Below are positions 11,248 to 25,168 of a stretch of DNA of 64,000 nucleotides, piece after piece. The DNA is taken from assembly GCA_951406725.2 (NCBI GenBank), contig OX597824.1:27528001-27592000 (forward strand), given 5' to 3'. Source of the DNA: Octopus vulgaris. Its lineage: Eukaryota. The first letter of the stretch is position 1; each line of letters begins with the position of its first letter. The notes beneath the pieces are model-generated. The model worked only from the letters and a program-made list of their open reading frames with translations, was not told where the DNA came from and made no database searches. A program made the translations under genes and the position numbers.

Positions 11248-12424
11248 GTCAGGTCGGTGATAGGAAGGATGGCTTCCCTTTGCAAATACTGATAGGGCAC
11301 AGAAGGTGTGTCAGTAGCCAGCTGGAGAATGAAGAGCAAAATATTGATGAGGGAAGCAGACGACGCCCGCCGATCAATGCTTTTCGAAAACATTCTGTTT
11401 TTCTTTTACTATAGTTCATTGGGACACAAGATCCTTTTAAATGAGGCACTAAGCCTCTTACCTTTTTTACAACTCGAGGCATTAAAGCCTCTTACTTCCA
11501 TGCCCGACTTGGCACACTGCCTCATTCAAGCACCTGGAGAATCTCCCATTCCAACACAGTGTTCGTTTTTCTGCCATGTTTTGGAAGAAGAAAAGTTCAC
11601 ACAAAATGTTCAAATAAAGCACAAAAAGAAGGATGAAGGAAAGAAAACAGTCCAAAACACAGCGACTTCAATCTTCCGGCCAGCTTGTACAGCAACAGGA
11701 ACAAAGCAACCGGAAAAAAAGCTTCACAAATTTCCCCAACAAATTGATACAAAAACGGGTAAAAGAAATTCCATCATTTTTGAAGGTGGGATACGCCCCC
11801 AAAACACTGCTTACGATCTTCCAGCCACCGACACTCCTGGCCAACCAAATAGTAGCAATAACTCAGCAACAGGAACACAAAACAACTTTCACAGTTTTTG
11901 GAAGAAGGACATGCCCCCAAAACAACACACCGATCAAAGCTAAGTGAGATACTTACGCCCAACTGCAGGCAGACAAATGCCCGGGATCCAGTGAGGATTT
12001 CTTGCTTGAAAAGAAAAAAAAATATACACCAAACAACAAATCCCCACTGAATCCCAAAAACCAAAAGTCTTACCTTGCAGTTGAGCTTCACTACAATGCG
12101 CAGAAGCAAATTTCTTGCCATAAGGCCATGCTTCCACCTAACCCCGCCTGCATCTGATCAATACGAGCTTGCACAAGACGATACTATTTCCAAATGTTAA
12201 GGAGTCAAGTTCGAATCCTGCAGATCGTGGTTACGAAAGAAACTTTTTAATAAATTGGTCAAACTGCGCCTTAGTAAGAGACAGAGATAATGGTATATAA
12301 GTTGATGATGATGATGATGATGAAGAGGTGTTGCTGTTAATGGAAGGAAGAGTATGAGGGAAAGGAAGAGATAGTAGATAATGATGAGAAAGGGTGTGGT
12401 CATAATCATTATCTTTACGATGGC

Positions 12425-12459
<35 letters not shown>

Positions 12460-12502
12460 GAAATCGTAAGTAATAAGAATGGTTATGTTAATGAATATGA
12501 TG

Positions 12503-12808
12503 TTGTTTGTTCCTTCTCGAGCCATGCCTGGCTCATAAAGGCCGGTTTACCTCTTTCATTGGCGTATAGGTTCCCCACCTGGACGGGACGCCGGTCCGTC
12601 ACAGGTGAGCTGCAGAAATACAGGAGGATAGAGTGAGAGGAACTTGTGGCAAAAGAGTTAGCAGAAGTCCACCATTAACTTCTGCCGGAGACGCGTGGAG
12701 CTTACGTGTTTCGCTCATAAACGCACACATCGCCCGGTCTGATACTAGAACCCGCGATCCCTCGACCGCAAGTCCGCTGCTCTGACCACTAGGCCATGTG
12801 AATCCACT
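12503..12808 (-). mobile_element. SINE family D
   Basis: Colinear with 1655-1953 over its full length. Confidence 0.85.
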
Positions 12809-13084
12809 GAATAAATATTGATGGCAACAGCTACATTCGTATCGATGATAGTGATGATGATGATGATGATGATGATGATGAGTTAGTGGGGATGAAATGA
12901 CAACCGTGATGGAGACGATCGCTGTTTTGATTTTGAAAATTATGATAATAATTATGATGATAGACGACGACGACCACGACTGCCACCACAACTACGACCA
13001 CGACCACAACGATAACGACGACGACGATGATGATAATGCTGATGACGATGAAGATTAGTTTGTTTACATTATCATTATAATAGC

Positions 13085-13365
<281 letters not shown>

Positions 13366-14278
13366 TAATGCTAATGTGTTACGTTGACGATGGCCATGGT
13401 CACCATTACGATGCTCCTTAAATCCAAAGTAGGGTTTATGTGCAATGGCTATATTAGACATTACTCAACAATAATGAAAAGAAAAAAATCAAAATGAAAG
13501 GGTAAAATAAAAATATGTGATAGCTTAATGGCGTCCGTTAACCTTGTGACCGTCTCAAAAATATATTTAGCTGCAAGGAGCGAAAAGGAATCTGCTTTAG
13601 CTTCATCTTTAGGGGTTATAAATGACTGAAATAGAAAGAAAAGTAAAGGGGAAAAGACTGGGAATAACATGCAAAGGGCGAAGAAAGAGAAGGAAATAGA
13701 GAAAGAGGGAGAGAGAGAGAGAGAGAGTGTGTAAGAAAAAAGCGAAGGGAAAAGTGAGGCTAAAAGAATGAACGCGTAAATAAAAACCGTATTTTAATGG
13801 AGGCTGTTAAGCTTTTACATGGTTTCTGTCATATAAGAGAAGTCACTAAATATGGCTGACTTGATGGTCTGGTCTTACTTAAGATCTAGGAAACGGGTAG
13901 AGAGTTAGAGAGTGGCGAGTGGTGAGTGTTAGTAAATGTGAGAGTTTGATTGAGACGTGGAAAGAGAATATCTATCCGTGTTAATGATGGTGGCGATTGT
14001 AATGGCGATCGTTGTGAGGGCGGTATACACGGTAATAGAAAAAGGCAGGCAAACTGATAGAGATAGAAACACAGAGAGGATAATAGACTAACAGACAGTT
14101 GGATAGACGAATAGATAAAAAAAAATATTGACAGATGGACAGATGGACAGATTGACAACCGTGGCACTTTCGTAGTCAGGCAGACATGTGTAAAATCGTA
14201 TGAGGATCCGTGCAAGTAAATATGTGTACATGTATGTGTGAATGTGTGTATGTGTGTATATGTATCTCTATCTCTCTT

Positions 14279-14314
<36 letters not shown>

Positions 14315-14448
14315 CGTATGCATATGCGTGTTTGTGTAAGTGTGTATTTGAGTGTGTGTATGTGTCTGTGTGTACATATGGATATATATATATATGCATG
14401 TATATATAAATATAAATACATAAATATATATATATAATGTACACATTG

Positions 14449-14479
<31 letters not shown>

Positions 14480-14507
14480 ATATATGTGTGTGTGTGTGTA
14501 TGTATAG

Positions 14508-14547
<40 letters not shown>

Positions 14548-14586
14548 TCAAACATGCATACAAGCATATATATATATGTATACATG

Positions 14587-14648
<62 letters not shown>

Positions 14649-15476
14649 ATATACACACACACACACACAATATATATATATATATATATATACACACATT
14701 CAGATATAGATTCGTATACATATGTCTAAATACGATATATTGACAGGAAGACAGCCATTTTGAGATAAATGTATGTATACAGAAAGATATGAGAAGAGAA
14801 TGAGTCAAATTGCTCGATACTAAATCTGGATAGTATAGATAAAATAGATAGGGAGACGATTAGATGAGTAATATATAGAGATACAGAATGGGACATAGGG
14901 CGACAGAAAGAGAGGGAGAGAGATGGAGAGAGAGAGAGAAAGAGAAATAGGAAGAACTACAGATTATTGTATGAGTGACAGGGATAATTCAACCTTCTGA
15001 ATTCAGTGATCAAATATATCAAACGTCGATGATCTACCGTAGACTTAACTTGACAGCCCTGGATTACGGCGATCGATCTTTATGCAGTTTAGTATTTATT
15101 GACCACGAAACAAATCAAACAATAAAATAAAATATATATAAGATGAAGAGAAATAATAAAACAATGCAATACAAGAACAGACGTATAGGCTTTTATATAT
15201 GCATGCATACATACATATATATACATACATAAATACATAAATCTATATATATATATTATGAGAAAGAGAGATAGGGAGAGAGATAGATAGAGAGAGAGAG
15301 AGAAATAGGGAGAGAGTTGTATAAGATATATACTGTTAGGTCTTTTAACATACCAATCATTTGAGGAATTTCTTTGGCGATATACTTCTGTACATTTAGC
15401 CTCGTTTTTATACTGTCTTCACCTTATCGAGGAACGCATGTCTCATTACCTATTGGAAGCAGTTTCGTTTCCAATT

Positions 15477-15519
<43 letters not shown>

Positions 15520-15897
15520 GCGTGTGTGCGAGTGTGCGTGTCGTACACTATGTCTTCTGTTCTTACAAATTGCTTGAGAATTGACAAAAGTAATGGCCGA
15601 GAATATGTTATCTGAAGTGTACCAGATCCAAGTCGGGCCGTTTAGTACGTTGTGATATTTTAAGTTGTTCTTTTCTCATCTAGCTTTTAGATTTTTCATT
15701 TTTGATTTTTCAAAAACTTCATTTCTCCATTACATAAACACACACACACACACGCACGCGTGTACGGACGCACGCGCTCACACACACACACGTATGTATG
15801 TTCGTATGCATGTATGTATCTATATGTATGTTATTGGGTGTATTAGAAAAAATTTAGACATTCAGTTATGTTATCTATCTATCTATCTATCTATCTG

Positions 15898-15962
<65 letters not shown>

Positions 15963-16029
15963 TGGTTTATCTATCTTTCTATCTACGTATATATCTAGTT
16001 GCCACATTATATATAGCCACGTATATATT

Positions 16030-16383
16030 TAGCAGCAAATCGACTCTAGGACTTATTCTTTGTAAGTCTAGTACTTATTCTATCGGTCTCTTTTGCCAAA
16101 CCGCTAAGTTACTAGGACGTAAACACCCCAGCATCGGTTGTCAAGCGATGCTGGGGGGGGGAGACAAACACAGATACACAAACATATACACATACATACA
16201 TATATATACATATATACGACGGGCTTCTTTCATTTTCCGTCTACCAAATCCACTCATAAGGCTTTAGTCCGCCCGAGGCTATAGTAGAAGACACTTGCCC
16301 AAGGTGCCATGCAGTGGGACTGAACCCGGTGCCATGTGGTTGGTAAGAAAGCTAATTACGACACAGCCACTCCTACGCCTATG
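16030..16383 (-). mobile_element. SINE family B
   Basis: Minus-strand head ggcgtaggagtggctgtgt..gggttcagtcccactgc; internal microsatellite; 3' end truncated. Confidence 0.9.
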
Positions 16384-16628
16384 CAATTGATACAATCTGT
16401 ACAATTTATTTTATATTTCATATTTTATTTGCTCAGATACAGCGTTAAGATTTACATCGGATACAGTAGAAATCATACTGAAAGACAATCGTGTAAAATT
16501 GTGTTCCAATGCTGAATATCAAACCACTTCTCTGTTTCCTTCTCTGTTTACGACTTCGGTTTTTACATTTACAATATGGCTTTATATTTACATATTTACA
16601 ATATTTTTTCTTGTGCTGTTTTGAGACT

Positions 16629-17013
16629 GGATGGAAGCACTCCGTCGGTTACGACGACGAGGGTTCCGGTTGATCCGAATCAACAGAAGAGCCTGCTCGT
16701 GAAATTAACGTGTAAGTGGCTGAGCACTCCACAGACACGTGTACCCTTAACGTAGTTCTCGGGGATATTCAGCGTGACACAGAGAGTGACAAGGCCGGCC
16801 CTTTGAAATACAGGTACAATAGAAACAGGAAGTAAGAGTGAAAGAAAGTTGTGGTGAAAGAGTACAGCAGAGATCACCACCATCCCCTGCCGTAGCGTCG
16901 TGGAGCTTTAGGTGTTTTCGCTCAATAAACACTCACAACGCCCGGTCTGGGAATCGAAACCGCGATCCTATGACCGCGAGTCCGCTGCCCTAACCACTGG
17001 GCCATTGCGCTTC
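16629..17013 (-). mobile_element. tRNA-derived SINE family C, full length, young
   Basis: A box tggcccagtgg, B box ggtttcgattccc; perfect 13-bp TSD ctgttttgagact at 16616-16628 and 17014-17026. Confidence 0.9.
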
Positions 17014-17519
17014 CTGTTTTGAGACTAGCATATCAAAGAATAGACTGCGTGTTGTGAAAGACAATTAAAAGTGGTCGAGGTAGGATTTGTACTCCAGCCT
17101 CGTAAAGCCCCCACCAGCAATAACTACCTAAACAGACTCGAGTAGTTTGGGTCCGGTGTGGTAAACTTTCAGTCACTAGTCTAGATTGCGAATCCTCTGT
17201 ACCCACGCATGGTTCAGTTTTCCACCCGTTAAAAGCCGCCGTTTCCGGAATGAGGATAACAATGTAGCTTTCGCTTCCGTGCAACCGCCAGTCTATCTTG
17301 AAGTTGCCAAACGCATTCTTAGTAGCTTAGAGTAGGCTCGAATTAGAGATTATTCTTTGTGGCTAATGGCGTGAGTCCTGGTTGGAAGAAGCAGCAATAA
17401 CAGTATTTGAAGCAGTCCCAGTTGTGAACAGTTTTGTCAGTAAAATAAATGTTGCATTATGCACAAAATATTAAAATTTTTAAGCATTCCTCGTTGTCAA
17501 TTCTGGGAATCACAGTAAG

Positions 17520-17715
17520 GACTTTTGCGCAAATTTTACCCATCTTTCAATAAGCTCACTCGAGGACAACGCTTCCCTCTCCACTCTCAATTTCGTTTTC
17601 AAGTGAAACTTGGAGAAGTCAATGAGACCTCAACCAAAAAGTAATGTATGTGTCCACCAAACAGCCTCTTTCGCCACCGCCATGTGTTGTGAGGAATTCT
17701 TTGGAGGTAGAATAA
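17520..17715 (-). pseudogene. L1/Tx1-like LINE ORF2 C-terminal relic
   Basis: Translation MAVAKEAVWWTHTLLFG*GLIDFSKFHLKTKLRVEREALSSSELIERWVKFAQK resembles Tx1-clade ORF2 ends (AKxxIWxxR...F..RW); recalled, not searched. Confidence 0.5.
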
Positions 17716-17738
17716 TTCACTTCAGGAAAGAGATAATG

Positions 17739-17782
<44 letters not shown>

Positions 17783-18676
17783 GCAAATTCTGCTGCTGTT
17801 GCTACTGCTGCTGTTGCTACTGCTGCTTTTGCTACTGCTGCTACTGCGGTTGCTGCTGACGATGATAATACTGCTACTAATACTACTAATACTGCTACTA
17901 ATGCTAATACGAAGAAGAAGGAGGATTAGGAGGAGGACTAGGCTAACTTAATTGAATTTATCTTAGTTATCATTATTGTCAGATTAGTCGCGATGACCAT
18001 CTTCAGGATTATTACGATGGCTATCACGATCATGATGACAACGATGATGGCTTAATCCTTTTTACGATAATCCTCATAAGAACGATACCGGTGGTAGTGG
18101 CGGCGGAGGCGGAGGCAGGGGCTGGGATGGATTGGGGGTTGAAATGCGAAAGTGATGTCGACGGTCGTACCTGTACTGTAGCTGGTTGTTTCGGTCGTGC
18201 TGGGAGTGGTAGTTATAGTGGAAGTGGTATGTATGATGGTGGATCTTTAATATTAATGTTCCTCGTAGTGGGAAGGATGGTTTAGGAGATGCTGGTATTG
18301 GTAGCTTTGTAAACATTATTCGTATTACTGTGAGATTAAAAGCAGTAATTGAAGATAAGATCAAAGCAGCTTGAGAAACATTGGCCTCAAGATACATTGT
18401 GGTGTTAGCCTTGTTGCTCAGCTCAAATTAGAGAACGATCAAGTAGATCTACGATTGAAGACATTCCACCTTTGGCCACCTTTTTAAAAAAAAAAATGCA
18501 AGCTGTATAATCAAGTCTACATTTTCCGAAATGTCCTTACTGTGATTCCCAGAATTGACAACGAGGAATCCTTAAAAAATTCAGATGTTTCGTGCGTGAT
18601 GCACTTCATCAACATTTATTTTACGGCCACCAAAGTTTCACAGCTGGGACTGCTTCAACTACTGCTATCGCTGTTG

Positions 18677-18746
18677 GCTTCTTCTTCTTCTTCTTCTTCT
18701 TCTTCTTCTTCTTCTTCTTCTTCTTCTTCTTCTTCTTCTTCTTCTT

Positions 18747-18844
<98 letters not shown>

Positions 18845-18847
18845 TAC

Positions 18848-18910
<63 letters not shown>

Positions 18911-18949
18911 CATTATTATTATTATTATTACTATTACTATTATTATTAC

Positions 18950-18993
<44 letters not shown>
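18677..18993. repeat. (CTT)n followed by (ATT)n microsatellite
   Basis: Read directly. Confidence 0.95.
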
Positions 18994-18994
<1 letters not shown>

Positions 18995-19669
18995 GTTAAT
19001 TAAAATTTACTTTTTGAAGTTTGCAAAACAGAATTTCTTTCGGAGTGAATGGTAGTGTTGGTGGGAGCGGGGATGGGTGAATCAAAAATAACATCTGACG
19101 TAAAACTTTTTTCTTTATATATATATATTTTTTTTTTTCATCATTTTTATTTTTTACAGAAAAAATATTTTTTAATACATTCTTTGATAACTCCGCAAAC
19201 CAACAGGCTGCCTTGACAGTGATATCTTGAATACCGTCCCAGTGGTTGCATATATCCATATCCTACCTTCCTCGTCACGTATCACACACATGCTCGCTCC
19301 TCTCACCTCTTCTAACTACACTCGCTGTCATAAGATAACATCATTAGCCGACATTTTCATTTGACCGTATTGCTGTGGCTGGGTTTCATGTTGTTGCTGT
19401 TGTTGGTGTTGTTGTTCGTCATCGTTGTCATCACTGCTTTTGGTGTTTTATTTCTTTAATGTCGTTGACGTAGCCTTTATTTACTGCTGATGGGCGGTGC
19501 TATTGCTGTAAGGATTTAGCAACATATATATATATTATACATGTAAGTATGTATGTATGTATGTATGTATGTATGTATGTATGTATGTATGTATGTATGT
19601 ATGTATGTGTATGTGTGTGTGTACATTTGTATGCATGCATGTGTGCTCGTCTACAGCAACCTAACCATT

Positions 19670-19900
19670 AGCCGCGTGGTCTAGTGGTTAGTTTATTGAA
19701 TTCACGGTCGCTGTAACAGTGGGTTCGATCCCCGGGATCGAACGTTGTTCCAATTCACTCAGCTGCAAAGGACTAACCTGGCATCGGACCAGCCTTCCCA
19801 TCAGGGGATCACCAGGGCAACATGATGTCGTCATTCAAATACTAAAAGAATGCGAAGCGCATTATGACCAGCGATGTGCTGCAACAGTTGACTTTCCGGT
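19670..19900 (+). mobile_element. Diverged tRNA-headed SINE (family F)
   Basis: A box tggtctagtgg, B box gggttcgatcccc, then tccaattcactcagctg, also seen in the CORE-like SINE bodies in this window. Confidence 0.6.
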
Positions 19901-20029
19901 CGATACTGCAACACCATGTTATATATACACTTAGAGAGATGCACACATATACACATAAATATACATGCATGTGTGTCGTATGCGCGAACGTGACTTTTCA
20001 TGCTTGTAGCTGATGCCTAAAGTTTATGG

Positions 20030-20205
20030 ACCGGTGTGGGTTCGTTTACGTCCCGATTACTTAGCACTTTTACAAAAAGAAAAAACAACCGAATAGGTAC
20101 CAAACCAAAAGAAAGGGAAAATGTACTGGTCAATTTGTTCGAGTAAACATTTCAAGGGGGTGCTCCAGCATGGTCGCTGTCCAATGATTGAAAGAAGTAA
20201 AAGAA
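20030..20205 (+). mobile_element. SINE family B, 3' fragment
   Basis: gtttacgtcccg..acttagc..gtgctccagcatgg..aagtaaaaga tail. Confidence 0.7.
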
Positions 20206-20706
20206 ACAAAAATGAAATACAATGTAGTGCCTTAGAAATTTGTTCCATGGATTATATAAACTAATCTACACCAGACTGACAATTGTATGATCCTGGCGGT
20301 AACGTTTTCACTTGTGGAGTTTCCGGATGAGGACCAAACTCTGTTTAGCCAACACAAGTATTATGTACTTACACTGTAGAACCAAAGAATATGTAATACA
20401 AAGAAGACTCTCACGATATCTAAGATAACTGAACGTAAATTCTACAGTGTATTCTACGGAGAAAACTTGGCAGCAAGCGATATATTTGACAGAGTATAAA
20501 CAAGTGTGTTGGTGTTTTGTCTGAAACAAAATGGCGGTCGTAAGTGTTGTAGAGATAATTTTTAAGCCAGTGACTGACATATTGCTTTTATCCTTCTTTA
20601 TATATACATGATTTTTTTCCCCGTTTTGGCTGGTTTTCTCTCGTAAGGTACACACTGATATTCACAAGAAAATGCTTTAGATATCGGTAAGAACGTAAAT
20701 ATCACG

Positions 20707-20812
20707 AAGAAGAGGAGGACAAAAAAGGGGTTGATGAGGGAGGAGGAGAAGAAGAAGAGGGAAGAAGAGGAAGGAGAAGAAGTGGAGCAAGAAGAAGACG
20801 AAGAAATAGTAA

Positions 20813-20869
<57 letters not shown>

Positions 20870-21245
20870 AAGTAGTCGAAGAAGACGTAGACGAAGAGTA
20901 AAATGAAGAAGAAGAAAAAGAAGAAGAAATAGCAGTAGTAGTAGTAGTAATAGTAGTAGTAGTAGTAGTAGTAGAAGAAGAAGAAGAAGAAAAAGAAGAA
21001 GAAGAAGAAGATGCAGAGTAAAATGAAGGAAAGTAAGAAGAAAAGAAGAAGAAAAAGAAAAGGAGGGAGAAGAAGAGGAAGAAGAAGAAGATGCAGTGTA
21101 AAATGAAGGAAAGTAAGAAGAAAAGAAGAAGAAAAAGAAGAAGAAGTAAAAGAAGAAGTAAAAAGAAGAAGAAGAAGAAATAGTAAAAGAAGAAAAAGAA
21201 GAAGAAGAAGAAGAAGAAAAAGAAGAAGAAGAAGAAGCATAGAAG
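20707..21245. repeat. Compound (GAA)n/(TAG)n purine-rich microsatellite
   Basis: Read directly; includes an internal duplication of gatgcag.gtaaaatgaaggaaagtaagaagaaaag. Confidence 0.95.
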
Positions 21246-21586
21246 TTATGAAGAAAAGTTAAAAAGGAACTGAAGAAACGGAGAAAGAAGAAATGGCATT
21301 ATGTAATAGGATGTGAAAATAAAGTATGATGACGTTGACGTTGACGATGATGATGACGAGGAGGAGGAATGGGAGTAGGAAACAGTGAATGCGAAATGCA
21401 TGTCAGTGAAAGAAGTGAGGATTGAAGCAAAACACGAAGAATGCAATAGTGATATATTTTGTCAGTAAAAATGTCTGTTGGGAAATATTGAAGAAGAGGA
21501 AAAAAAAAATTACGTGTGAAAACATGAGGCGGGAGAGAAAGAAATATTATTGACATGTAGTGTGTGTTTCGTGTAGAAGGAGGGAT

Positions 21587-21628
<42 letters not shown>

Positions 21629-22070
21629 GAAAGTGAAAGTGAAAGTAGTTAAAAAGAAAGAGATTAAGAGTGGTGGAGACAGAAGAGGGGAAAAGGGATA
21701 ACGGAAGAGAGAGACCTGATTTAATGTTTTTTAAAAAAGAATAGAGATACGAGGAATGTATGACGCCGTTCGTCAACACGTGTCACTATATTATTCACAA
21801 AGCGAATTAATCATGCAAATATATTGAACACAATGTAAAATAATTTTCAAAAGAAAAAAATAACTTGGAATTGCAATAGACTGATGATATAGTTTGTTCG
21901 TTTGTTTATTAATTTATTATTGTTGAGGAATTCTTATGTTGTCGTGTCTCATGCGGGTTGCATGGCTTATCTTCGAGCAAGGGAGATTTTTTTTGCGCGC
22001 GAATGGTGTCTCAAGCTACAAGAAATATCAGCAAAATTTCCCTTGTATCACACGCAAGGGTTTTAAATAT

Positions 22071-22294
22071 TCTTTATTTGTTAATTTTAGCACCAGGCCA
22101 GAAGTTATGAGTGGAGCTACAGTGGATTACATGAACTTCAGTGCTCGACTTGTACTTTAATTTTATCAAACCCGAAAAGCTGAAGGCAAAATCAAGCTTG
22201 GCGCCGTAGTTTAAACTCAAAGTGTAAAGACGCTGAAGAAATGCTGTGATGCATTCTATCCGATGGGCAAACGATTCTGCCAGCTCGCCGCTTT
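22071..22294 (-). mobile_element. SINE family A, older copy
   Basis: Head gcggcgagctggcagaatcgtt on the minus strand; flanked by caagg(g/a)ttttaaatat. Confidence 0.8.
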
Positions 22295-22312
22295 TCAAGG
22301 ATTTTAAATATA

Positions 22313-22460
22313 TATTTCTTACTACCCACAAGGGGCTAAACATAGAGGGGACAAACAAGGACAAACAAAGGGATTAAGTCGATTACATTGACCCAGTGCG
22401 AAACTGGTACTTTATTTATCGACTCCGAGAGGATGAAAGGCAAAGTCGACCTCGGCGGAA
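22313..22460 (-). mobile_element. SINE family A, young 5'-truncated copy
   Basis: Matches the 3' half of 57049-57283; perfect 18-bp TSD tcaaggattttaaatata at 22295-22312 and 22461-22478. Confidence 0.9.
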
Positions 22461-23696
22461 TCAAGGATTTTAAATATAGCAGAATTTACTGGTCAGTGTT
22501 TTCTCCAAGGTGAGTTTCAACATATATCAATCCATCGGGGCAGATCTGGGGCTACGCAAGAAAGACAACGACGATGACTACATCAAAAACAATAACATCT
22601 ACGATAACAAGTAAGCGTTAACAGAATATTTTATTTGTTTGCAGTTCATTCTTCGATATCTATACCCACCATCTTCTCAAATTTTTCGATGTTTGTTTTT
22701 TTGTTGCATACTAAATGAGAAGTGACTGAAAACCCACTCGCACAATCAACTGCCATTAAGTGGAGGCAATCTATACTGTAAGTGACCGTCCTTACTTCTC
22801 ACAGCTAAGTGTAATGGATTCTAAAAGATCGGTCATCTGTATTAATTTTATATTTTTGCACACCACTGCTTAGTGCTTTGCTATTGCCCGACAACCGAAT
22901 AATGCTTCCACTCAGAGTACGTTGACTCAAGTACGATAAGAGGGACCGGGTTTCTTGTCAGTTCGTAGTACCTCACTCTCAAATGCTCGGCGCTGATTAC
23001 GAAACAACTGCTGCACCGAAGTGCATGCCTTCATCGATTTAAGGAGAGTATGCTTCGAATGGGCATCGTATGATTCCTGCTACAATGTTTGCTCCATGAA
23101 ATGCAAAAAAAAACGATGATTTTCTTACCGGTTTCAATACTTCTCAAAAATATTTAAACTTGTAACAAGTCTATATATATATATATGTGTGTATGTATGT
23201 GTGTGTTTGTGTGTACGTTTATATATCTATGTGTAAGCATATACATGAGTGTTCCTTGAATGATACAAGTATTGAGACTCATATACAGGATTTCAAGTTA
23301 CTGATTCAACGACACGATTACCTCTGCGCTTCTTCCGTTGTGAATCCCCGTACCTTACAATATCTTCTGGCCTGTTATGCTAATGTCAGGTTGTCGTTTT
23401 TATTACATTATCCTACCAGTGCTCTTTATTTTAAAAGGAGTGGATACATTCTGGTTCCGGCGTGTATTGGATTTTGATGAAGCTTGTCTCTAGGAAGAGG
23501 TCAAGCGCACCGGACACCAAACCGGTATTTCAGTGTGCGTGTAAACATACATATATATGTACACGTTGGGCCGCTGAAATGTAGAAGTTTTTTCTCATCC
23601 TCTCACTGTTTATTTCCTTTCTGTTAGTGAGCGTAGGTTGGAAAAGTAAAATAATTTTTCCTTTTTCCCGAGCGCCAAACAAATATATTTGCTTTT

Positions 23697-23759
<63 letters not shown>

Positions 23760-23914
23760 TACACACACATACACGCACGCGCGCACGCACACGCAAGTAT
23801 ACACACACGTGTACAGTGTCAAGACATTACGCACCAAAACATTATTTATAAGTTGCCATTTTGGAAATCTGCAATGTATATTAAGAATTCCTATAATCGT
23901 GAGTAACCTTTGAT

Positions 23915-23952
<38 letters not shown>

Positions 23953-23973
23953 TATATGTATATACATGACACG

Positions 23974-24006
<33 letters not shown>

Positions 24007-25084
24007 GCATATATATATATTTATTCATATAAATATGTATATATATATAATATAAATAAGATATATATATGCATATATGGGTACAGGACGTCACCAACTG
24101 CAAGCAACATGATGTACGAAAACAAACGAGTTAAATATGCAAACAACGAAAGAAAATGGCAAACAGGACAAGTAACACAAAGAACGACCCTTCATGAGTT
24201 GTCAGTTGTCTATCTGCTCCACATTTCAAGCATTCAACGACAATATTAGTCTTCGAAGACAGTTGCTCCCATAACTTCCAAAATAAAATTTTGGATTTAT
24301 GGAGTGTCAAAGTTTGGAATAATACAGGACGGTGGAGGCATACTAGGAAACCGAACGATAACAATCATGGAGGGTCGTTGTGGATAAACAATATGAACAA
24401 CAGAGAGCTGTGGTCCTGCTAAACTTCCCGTACAGATGCATGGTACTGAACAGCACAGATTATCAGCAGCCGATAAAAAAAATTCCCATAGTAGTGGTGG
24501 AACTGCAAGAACATGGAATTTCAGCGTGTTTGCGCTTCATCAGCATCAGCTATTCAATATCACCGTATGCTAGCCAAGATTTGTCCGTATTGCTATATAG
24601 AAAAAAACAAAGACTAATCAGGGAATGATGTCGAAAATAACTAGGGATCTGGGAAAAAATGAGTTATTTGCAACAAAATCAGTATTAGTACCCAAAGGCA
24701 ATCAGCATATCTTACGCCTTATGGAGGTTCTGTACGAACGCCATAGAACTGCGGTATTCGTCCTGAGAAACTCTCTCATCCAAATGTATAGTCCTGTCCG
24801 CTGCTGATTGTCTATGCTTTTTAGTGCCACGTTCAACAATAGCATCAACAACAACATATCCGTCGACAATCTCACCACCGTCGTGCCTTCAAATGACAGG
24901 ATGGTTATTGCTGGAAGAAATTTGATGTTAGCTCTAATCCTTGAAATTCGACTTCGTACAAACATAAGTAATATTATACAATATGCACCCTACATTTCTT
25001 TATCCCTCTCCTAATTCCATTGATCAACAATAGAACTAAAACCAAATGGTGCCATTTATGAGGTGTGCCTCATTGATATAAGAA

Positions 25085-25117
25085 TCATCACTTCCACCAC
25101 CATCATCACCACCGCTC

Positions 25118-25168
<51 letters not shown>

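Noticed and set aside
16935-17013. tRNA-like sequences with A and B boxes
   Set aside because: They are SINE heads continuing into repeat bodies with TSDs, not standalone tRNA genes.
17033-17340. GC-richer segment with an 83-aa ORF
   Set aside because: No recognisable motif in the frames I read; probably a TE relic but not assignable.
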